From Candidatus Magasanikbacteria bacterium RIFOXYC2_FULL_42_28 (GTDB lineage Bacteria > Patescibacteriota > Patescibacteriia > Magasanikbacterales > GWA2-37-8), in the NCBI GenBank assembly GCA_001784435.1, contig MFQZ01000004.1, forward strand, positions 1-53,703: a DNA stretch of 53,703 nt. Reading direction: 5' to 3'. The position numbers and the translations under genes are program-made. The notes under the pieces are model-generated. The model saw only the letters and a list, made by a program, of their open reading frames with translations, was not told the DNA's origin and did no database searches. Each line of letters begins with the position of its first letter. Within the stretch, counting starts at the first letter, position 1. Shown here piece by piece: positions 27,940-34,863 of the stretch.

Positions 27940-28578
27940 ATGACTCGTGCACAGTTCTGGTCGTTTTTGGTGGCGGTGGTGGTCGTGGGCATCGTGGCAG
28001 TGCTGGGGTTCGGTCTCGGCTTCACCAAGGCCGACGAGGACGAGGTGGTCGCCGCCCTGGCGACCAAGGCGGAGGCCACCCGCATGGCGGCCGAGTTCGT
28101 CGCCGTGCGGGGAGAGTTCGCCGCGGGTGACGCCACTCTCGCTGCTCGCCTCACCGGCGTGGAGGGGCGGGTCTCCACCGTGGAGTCCCGCCTCACCGGC
28201 GTGGAGGGTGGCCTGAAGGCGGCCACTCGGCGGCTCTCCGAGCTGCCGCAGAAGGCCGATCTCGACGCCCTCGCCGCCCGTCTCGGTTCGGCCGAGGGTA
28301 CGCTCGCCTCGGCCCCCTGGTCGACTGGCCTGGCCACCTTGGCCGGTCGGGTCGCGACCCTCGAGACGCCCGCGCCCCCGATCGTCGCCCCCGTGTCGCC
28401 CACCTGCACTGGCTGGTCCCTCGGCGTCCGCGGCGCGCCCATCTCCCCGGTGGGTTGCTACGCGACCTGCGTTGCGGCGAAAGCTGTGGCGCAGGGTGGT
28501 AGCCGGTTCAGCGGCTCGGTCTACGGGCGGACATCCGCCCAGTGGATTGAGTCGAGCGAATCCTGCCCGGCCGAGTAG
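27940..28578 (+). CDS. Cassette 2: GC-rich paralog of cassette 1 with a Cys-containing C-terminal domain, 212 aa
   Basis: GGAGG SD. N-terminal TM. EFxxVRxEFAAxDAxLxxRLxGVEGGLK shared with cassette 1. Internal 42-bp duplication. Confidence 0.85.
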
Positions 28579-28587
28579 TTCTTTCAC

Positions 28588-28798
28588 ACCCCACCGCACG
28601 ATCTCCCGATCGTAGCGGTTGGCGGCACACAGCGCGTCTTTCCTGTAAGCGCTGGATCGGTCAGACGGTTTGTCTCCCCGTGAGACGAGTCGGCTTCCGT
28701 TGGAAAGGGTCCCGAGTTTGTTGGCAACAACACTCTCGGGCACTCTGGCATGTTGATTTGTTAATCAAGTCAACAGTTAGAGTAGGTGTTCTTTACAA
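28588..28798 (+). ncRNA. Cassette 2 structured 3' element (173 bp shared with cassette 3)
   Basis: 28588..28760 matches 29602..29774 with 2 mismatches, then gtcaacagttaga and tgttctttacaa. Confidence 0.7.
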
Positions 28799-28933
28799 AA
28801 AATTAAATTTTCCGGCGTGAACTTTTCATTGTTTAGAAAAATAATGAAGAGCTCACGCCGGATCCGATCGAGGCATATTGTGGACGATCCACAATGTTGC
28901 TTTAGTTGGGATTATCTGGTAGAGGAGGTTCCT

Positions 28934-29596
28934 ATGGGGCGCAAACCCCCGACCTCGGCGCGCGTCATCGCGACGTTCGCCATCCTCTGCGCCACGGCCT
29001 CCCCGGCCGCGGCGCAATCTGAAACCGGTGACGCGGCGCCCGCCGCTGTCACCCCTGATCCGGCCGAGTTGCCGGTGCCCCCAACCTCACCCGACCCGGG
29101 TGGCTGGAAGTTGGTGCTCGCCCCCGAGTTCAGCGTCGGGGTGGCGCACTCGGAGGCCGGCTTCGACGCCGACTCCGAGGATGCCTACCTCGGCACCGTC
29201 TCGGCCACCTTGCTCCTGCGCCACTCGGCCCTGTCCGGTGGTGAGCCCTCATCTTTCCTGTATGGGCTTCGCGGCTTGTACGGGTTGGGTGGTGGCTCGT
29301 CGGGTGCACGCCAGTTGTGGGGCGTCGCTGGCCTTCTGGGTTGGCGCGCGTCTCGCGACCGCGTCGTCGGGGGCATTGGTCTGTCCTACATCCAGTATGA
29401 CAAGGCAGGCGGGGATTGGGTCCGCCGCGGTGGCGGCGTTCCGCTCTGGATCGAGATCAAATTGGGGGATAGCACCTCCAATTGGTTCCTCGGTCTGGAA
29501 GGGACGCCCGCCATCCTCTGGCGGGACCTGGACGATGCCCCTGCGTTCGCCTTCGGGCTGAACGCGGGGGTGCTCTACCACATCCCCCTCTACTAG
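28934..29596 (+). CDS. Cassette 3: GC-rich secreted protein resembling a small outer-membrane beta-barrel, 220 aa
   Basis: AGGAGG at 28923..28928. Signal peptide (ASPAAA-Q), Pro-rich linker, Gly/aromatic-rich amphipathic strands, C-terminal GLNAGVLYHIPLY. Confidence 0.75.
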   Translation: MGRKPPTSARVIATFAILCATASPAAAQSETGDAAPAAVTPDPAELPVPPTSPDPGGWKLVLAPEFSVGVAHSEAGFDADSEDAYLGTVSATLLLRHSALSGGEPSSFLYGLRGLYGLGGGSSGARQLWGVAGLLGWRASRDRVVGGIGLSYIQYDKAGGDWVRRGGGVPLWIEIKLGDSTSNWFLGLEGTPAILWRDLDDAPAFAFGLNAGVLYHIPLY

Positions 29597-29601
29597 TCTT
29601 T

Positions 29602-29817
29602 ACCCCACCGCACGATCTCCCGATCGTAGCGGTTGGCGGCACACAGCGCGCCTTTCCTGTAAGCGCTGGATCGGTCAGACGGTTTGTCTCCCCGTGAGAC
29701 GAGTCGGCTTCCGATGGAAAGGGTCCCGAGTTTGTTGGCAACAACACTCTCGGGCACTCTGGCATGTTGATTTGACATACGAAGCATCGAGTCAACAGTT
29801 AGATTGGTTCTTTAAAA
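29602..29817 (+). ncRNA. Cassette 3 structured 3' element (near-identical to cassette 2 element)
   Basis: 173-bp direct repeat, different loop in the final hairpin, ggttctttaaaa at 29806..29817. Confidence 0.7.
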
Positions 29818-29979
29818 TTTAGAAAAATAAATTAAAATATAAATGATACTGCGCGCGACTGGCGCGGAAAGAGAAATTATTATTTGATTTTTCTTTCTGC
29901 GTCAGTTTGTAGTTCGGTGCTCCGAGGATGGTCCTCGTAGGTGCCGGCGCAGCAAATCGCATAGCAAGGAGAAAAAACT

Positions 29980-31530
29980 ATGCGTACCACCAACATCGCG
30001 GTGGTTCTCTGTCTCGGACTCTGGACCGCTTCGTGCGGCACCAAGGCCGAGGCCCCCGGGCTCGACGTGCCCGCGGACGACGATAACACGGCGGATGACG
30101 ACACCGCCGACAACGACGACCTCGTCGTTTGCCTCGAGTGCAACGACGATGACCCGTGCACCACGGACTGGTGCCGGGTGTCACCCCCCCCTGGGGTCGA
30201 CTCGTGTGTCCACATGAACGGGGACGCCGGCGTCACCTGCGACGACGGCAACGGTTGCACCGAGACCGACGTGTGCGACGGGGTGGGCACCTGCGTTGGC
30301 ACGCCCCTGGCGTGCGACGACGGCGATGCCTGCACCGACGACGCGTGCACCGACGGCGTGTGCAACAACACGTCCGTCACCTGCGACGACGGCGATGCGT
30401 GTACCGCGGAGTTCTGCGGGACCATCGCCGGCGGTACCGGTGGGTGCTTCTCGGTTCCCGTGGCTGGCGAAGGCTGCGAGGAGGAGTCCAACTGTACCGT
30501 CGCCAGCGATGGCGTCGGGAATTTCTCCCTGACCTGCCCGGACGGCTCCGTGGCAGAGTGGGGTGACGGCGCGGATGGCGCGCCGGGAATGGACGGAGCC
30601 GATGGGGTCGATGGGACCCCGGGTACCGACGGCGTCGATGGCAGCGACGGCACGGACGGAACCGATGGCGCGCCGGGAGCTGACGGGCTCGACGGTGCGG
30701 ACGGGGCGGATGGCGCCCCGGGTGATTCGTGCAGCGTGACTGTGCTTCCGATGGGGTGCATGGTCATTGTGTGCGGGGATGACGATCCTTCCCCGCCCCT
30801 GTGCCCGGACGTGTCCGAGGCCGGATGCACCACCACGCAGGACGGCGACTGTGCTGTCATCAACTGTGTGGGTGGATCTACGTCGCGGGTGTGCCCCACC
30901 ACGACGGCTCCTGCCTGTGTCACCGACGGCGACTGCGCCGACGGCAATGCCTGCAACGGCCACGAATCGTGTGTGGCCGGGGAGTGTGTGAATGGGGTCG
31001 TGGTGTCGTGTCTGGCCGCGGACGCGTGCCATCTCGTCGGTGAGTGTGATCCGGCGAATGGCCTGTGCTCCTCGCCTTCCGCCCCGACGGGGACGGTGTG
31101 CGACGACGGCAACGCCGGCACCACCGGCGACCAGTGCGACGGCGCTGGCCTGTGTGTGGGGGTGGCCACGCCCCCCAGCCCCGATGCCGATGGCGACGGG
31201 TACAGCATCGCGGCCGGCGATTGCGACGATGACCCCACCGTGGGTCCGTCGCCGGCCCGATGGTGCCGGGGGAGCGACACGAAGAAGTTCCTCGTGATCG
31301 ACTTCCTCGGAAGTGTGGCCCCGGCCTGCCCAGCCGGAAGTGTCGAAGTCGCGCTGACCGACGGGTCCGCGCTCAACAACCCCGGTATCCACGATACCAC
31401 CGGGGATGGCTTCGACAACAACTGCAACGGCATCATCGACGAGGGCGGCGGGGACCAGTGCACCTGGTCGCACATGTCGTCCGGTCCCGCGCTGGACTAT
31501 CTCGTTCGATGCCCGTGGATGAACCCGTAG
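29980..31530 (+). CDS. Cassette 4: GC-rich Cys-rich lipoprotein with CDDGxACT repeats, collagen-like Gly-X-Y tract and metal-binding-type motif, 516 aa
   Basis: AAGGAG SD, lipobox WTASC, repeated CDDGNxCT, GADGAPGMDG... tract, DADGDGY..GDCDD and DGFDNNCNGIIDEG. Confidence 0.88.
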   Translation: MRTTNIAVVLCLGLWTASCGTKAEAPGLDVPADDDNTADDDTADNDDLVVCLECNDDDPCTTDWCRVSPPPGVDSCVHMNGDAGVTCDDGNGCTETDVCDGVGTCVGTPLACDDGDACTDDACTDGVCNNTSVTCDDGDACTAEFCGTIAGGTGGCFSVPVAGEGCEEESNCTVASDGVGNFSLTCPDGSVAEWGDGADGAPGMDGADGVDGTPGTDGVDGSDGTDGTDGAPGADGLDGADGADGAPGDSCSVTVLPMGCMVIVCGDDDPSPPLCPDVSEAGCTTTQDGDCAVINCVGGSTSRVCPTTTAPACVTDGDCADGNACNGHESCVAGECVNGVVVSCLAADACHLVGECDPANGLCSSPSAPTGTVCDDGNAGTTGDQCDGAGLCVGVATPPSPDADGDGYSIAAGDCDDDPTVGPSPARWCRGSDTKKFLVIDFLGSVAPACPAGSVEVALTDGSALNNPGIHDTTGDGFDNNCNGIIDEGGGDQCTWSHMSSGPALDYLVRCPWMNP

Positions 31531-31790
31531 CGGGTATCCAACGCAGTGAGCTGGTGAACATAACACCGGCAATATAGCAAAAAAATGTCGGGAGATACCG
31601 TAATTCTCCTAGTCCGCCCAGTAAAGGAGGGGTGGAAATGAAACGGAACACAATGCGTCCGTGGCGCGCAAGCGTCTGGATGTTTGACAGCAGGCGTCGG
31701 TGGGGAGGTCTCATACTTCCCTGCCGACGCCCGCCCGATTGAGAACATAAAGATTTGTGTTTTCAAACAGGGTGAAGCGATTTAAAGTTT
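31531..31790 (+). ncRNA. Cassette 4 structured 3' element
   Basis: Short hairpins, long stem 31693..31731, last hairpin 31739..31766, purine linker, degenerate gcgatttaaa. Confidence 0.5.
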
Positions 31791-31962
31791 GAAGATATAG
31801 TTTTACATATTAACGTCTCGGTTCGAAAATGCAAAAACTTCGTTTTTTCATTTTGCTCACCTTCGAGACGCTAATAAAAATACCACCAAGTTCGTCTCTC
31901 TCATCCTATGTTTTTTTAGACAAAGGAAGAAGAACTCGGTGGTATTTTTGTTTTATTTATAC

Positions 31963-32316
31963 CTATGCGACCTGCAATTGTTTTACTTGTCTTTCTAAAA
32001 AGTCCACTCGTTTGCGTAACTCCAGAATATCTTTGGCCGCGGCATCTTCATCGCCAATAATGCGTTGTTCCAATTGATCCAACTGGCGATTAATTAATTT
32101 TAACTCAGAGTGAATATACGCAAGCGCGCTGGCCATTTCAGATTTAAATTCCGACAGTTCGCCTTTGACTGACTTTATTTCCGCGCTTAGTTCTCCTTTC
32201 AATTCATCAAACCGCCTGTCCACGCTTTTAGCGAATAATTCCATTGCCTCTAAAATTTCGTTATTACTCACCTCTTTTTTGGCTGTCATATTGTTTGACA
32301 TTAATTTTTTAAGCAA
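31963..32316 (-). CDS. Small coiled-coil hypothetical protein (start uncertain, 32316/32301/32289)
   Basis: Heptad-repeat character. AT-rich, genome-like codon usage. Confidence 0.75.
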   Translation of the reverse strand: MLKKLMSNNMTAKKEVSNNEILEAMELFAKSVDRRFDELKGELSAEIKSVKGELSEFKSEMASALAYIHSELKLINRQLDQLEQRIIGDEDAAAKDILELRKRVDFLERQVKQLQVA

Positions 32317-32392
32317 ATTTATTATATCATTGTTTTAAAATAATTGTCAAACGCAATGGATTTTTTAATAGTAATATGGTAAAATATATCTT

Positions 32393-33778
32393 ATGATTGC
32401 ACAAACAATTAGTACCAGATCAACCAGATTAAAATTTTTGGTCGTGATTTTAGCGACTGTTTTGGCTTTTGGCGCCACTATTTTTTACGGCACTTTTGGC
32501 GCGGTTTTGGCCGGAGTGGTTTTTTTGATTTGGTTTTTTTCCAGCCGTTTGACGATTGGTTGGTATATTTTGGTGGCGTTGTCACCCTTTATCGGCTGGC
32601 AAATTTATTTGGAACATTATTTTCGCGGGTCGCCGTTTTTTGCCGGTTGGAACGCGCCACCGGTGGAGTTTTGGGCGATTTTAATGTTGCTGGCTTTTGC
32701 TTTAGATTATGTTCGTCAATTGTTTGACGGCGCACAACCGCGCTTGATTTTTCCTCGGGCTAAATATTTTTTGTTGTTTGGCGCGAGCGCTTTTCTGTCG
32801 CTCATTAACATCCCGGCGTCCGAACGCTTGGCTGGTGTTAAATTTATTGCGCACTTTTTTTTATTTACTTATTTTGCCTATGTTTTTTTGGGAGCCAATA
32901 TTGTCAAATCAAAAATTGTTTGGGAAAACAGTTTAAAAATTTTAGTGGGCGTTGGTATTTTCGGCGCGGCGACGGGGGCGTGGTCGTTGTTTATCGGCGC
33001 TTGGAATGTGGGCGGATTAGAGCGCGCAGTGCCATTGCCCATTGGCGGAATTTGGCCATTGGGCGACCAGCATATTTTACTCGCGGAATTTTTGCTCATT
33101 GCTTTAATATCTGCTTGGTATTTTTACTTAACTCGCAAAACATTTTTGACCGGTTTGTTGACGTTATTTATTGGCGTTGTCGGCCTGCTGACCTGGTCGC
33201 GTTCTTTTTGGTTGGCGATTATTATTACCGGCGCGGTGGTGGGATTTCAATATCGCGCTAAAATTAATTGGGCGGGGATAGCGCAAAAATTTTTGCCGCT
33301 TTTGATTATTTTATTATTCGTGGTCGGTTACTGGTTTTATTTTATGTATTCGGCTGATATGGTAATTGGCAGTTCTAATAGCGCGCGCGCGTCTGGCGCC
33401 GAATTCGCCTGGGAGTTGGCGCGGACTTATCCGTTAATCGGGGCGGGAGTGGGTAGTTTTGTGCCACGCTTAAGCGAAATATATTATTATCGGATTGATT
33501 TTGGTGACGCCGTGGACGCGCTGGGCTGGCCACAGAAAATTTTGGCTGAACAGGGATTTTTAGGTTTTGGCATATTCGTCGGTCTTATCGCCAGCGTTTT
33601 ATATTCTTTGCGGAGCGCGTTTTTGGCAACTGGTAGTCGTGCCAATCGTATTATTTATTTTTCGGCCTTCTGTCTATTTTTGGCACCGTTAATTTTTGAA
33701 ATGTTTACCACTAATTATTACAGCGCGCGCTTGTGGGTACCATTGGCTTTGGCGCTCGCGGTTATCGATGATCTATGA
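32393..33778 (+). CDS. O-antigen ligase / Wzy-like membrane protein
   Basis: Multi-TM. LTWSRSFW, YPLIGAGVGSF, ILAEQGFLG resemble the Wzy_C layout. Confidence 0.8.
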   Translation: MIAQTISTRSTRLKFLVVILATVLAFGATIFYGTFGAVLAGVVFLIWFFSSRLTIGWYILVALSPFIGWQIYLEHYFRGSPFFAGWNAPPVEFWAILMLLAFALDYVRQLFDGAQPRLIFPRAKYFLLFGASAFLSLINIPASERLAGVKFIAHFFLFTYFAYVFLGANIVKSKIVWENSLKILVGVGIFGAATGAWSLFIGAWNVGGLERAVPLPIGGIWPLGDQHILLAEFLLIALISAWYFYLTRKTFLTGLLTLFIGVVGLLTWSRSFWLAIIITGAVVGFQYRAKINWAGIAQKFLPLLIILLFVVGYWFYFMYSADMVIGSSNSARASGAEFAWELARTYPLIGAGVGSFVPRLSEIYYYRIDFGDAVDALGWPQKILAEQGFLGFGIFVGLIASVLYSLRSAFLATGSRANRIIYFSAFCLFLAPLIFEMFTTNYYSARLWVPLALALAVIDDL

Positions 33779-34863
33779 AAATAAAAATTTTACAAATTAT
33801 TCCATGTTTTGCGCGAGGCGGAGCCGAAACCATGGCGTTAAATTATGCCAAATTTTTGGATAAAAATAAATTTGAAGTGATTACCGCGAGTTGTGTTGAA
33901 GGTGGGGAATTGGAAAAAGATTTCGCGACTGCCGGCGCGCCTGTTTGGGTTGGCTCCAGACGAAAAATGTTCGGTCGATTAGGTGTTTGGTATGCTTTGG
34001 CCAAATTTACCAAAGAGCAACGGCCTGATATTTTGCATACGCATTTATTTGGGGCGGATTTGGTCGCGTGGATTTTGAAAAAAGTTTTCAGAATTAAATT
34101 TTATTGGGTAGTTACTGTCCACAATCGTGAGCGCGGATTTGGTTGGTGGCGGATGCATGTTTGGAAAATGATTTTACGGTCGGCTGATAAAATAATTGCG
34201 GTTTCAGCCGCGACCGGCGAGTATGTTCACGAATATTTAGACGTTTCCGCTCATAAGATGACGGTGATAAATAATGGCATTGATTTGAGCCCTTGGTTAA
34301 ATGTACCGGCTGTTTCCGAGAGTAGCGTTACGTTGCGTTTGGCGGTGGTTGGGCGTTTGACTAAACAAAAAGGACAGGAATTTTTATGGCGCGCTTTGGC
34401 AAATTTGAAACATCCTTGGCAGTTGGGGGTGTTTGGCACTGGTGAAGATGAAAAAAAATTAAATCAACTGGCGCAAAAATTAAACATTGCTGATAAAATC
34501 ATCTGGCACGGTTTGATAGTCGATTGGTCTCGTGAATTAGCCGATGTTAATGTGGTGGTGGCACCAGCGCTCTGGGAAGGATTGAGTTTGGTGGTAATGG
34601 AATCAATGACCGCCGGCAAGGCGGTAGTCGCAAGTTTGGAAGCCGGCCAGGGCTTAATTGAAAATAATATTACCGGTTTGCTGGTACGGCCCGGATCGGT
34701 TGGGGATTTGTTCGGCGCGCTTGAATCATTGTCGGTTGATCACAAAAAAATTAAATTGCTTGGTAACAACGCTCGCGCTTATGCTAAAAAATATTTTGAT
34801 ATTAAACAAAATACGTTGGCAGTAGAAAAAGTTTATTGGCAAATTTTAAGTGGACAGAAATGA
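33775..34863 (+). CDS. GT4 family glycosyltransferase
   Basis: GGAE, PDILHTHLF, VINNGID, VGRLTKQKG, EGLSLVVMESMTAG. Confidence 0.92.
   Translation: MKIKILQIIPCFARGGAETMALNYAKFLDKNKFEVITASCVEGGELEKDFATAGAPVWVGSRRKMFGRLGVWYALAKFTKEQRPDILHTHLFGADLVAWILKKVFRIKFYWVVTVHNRERGFGWWRMHVWKMILRSADKIIAVSAATGEYVHEYLDVSAHKMTVINNGIDLSPWLNVPAVSESSVTLRLAVVGRLTKQKGQEFLWRALANLKHPWQLGVFGTGEDEKKLNQLAQKLNIADKIIWHGLIVDWSRELADVNVVVAPALWEGLSLVVMESMTAGKAVVASLEAGQGLIENNITGLLVRPGSVGDLFGALESLSVDHKKIKLLGNNARAYAKKYFDIKQNTLAVEKVYWQILSGQK

Noticed and set aside
26850-29795. Multiple long overlapping ORFs in other frames and strands (e.g. 26850..27575, 26942..27685, 27820..28743, 27762..28442, 29457..29795)
   Set aside because: Expected stop-poor shadows in GC-rich DNA. 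The chosen frames have SD sites, signal/TM segments and G/C-ending codons. The similar ORF starts at 28743 and about 29757 simply reflect the 173-bp repeat.
29880-31572. Minus-strand 531-aa and 463-aa ORFs
   Set aside because: Antisense shadows of the cassette 4 lipoprotein gene.
26900-31800. Single chimeric contig segment from a high-GC contaminant
   Set aside because: GC-rich units alternate with AT-rich gaps that carry this genome's own palindrome family. Still needs read-level confirmation.
26900-31800. Prophage or IS element
   Set aside because: No capsid, terminase, transposase, TnpB/IscB or RT motifs, and no clear terminal repeats or target duplication around the block.
26855-31870. 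Integron with attC sites
   Set aside because: The spacer hairpins lack paired RYYYAAC/GTTRRRY boxes (only one isolated GTTAGAT), and no tyrosine integrase is in the window. A structure-based cassette mechanism remains open.
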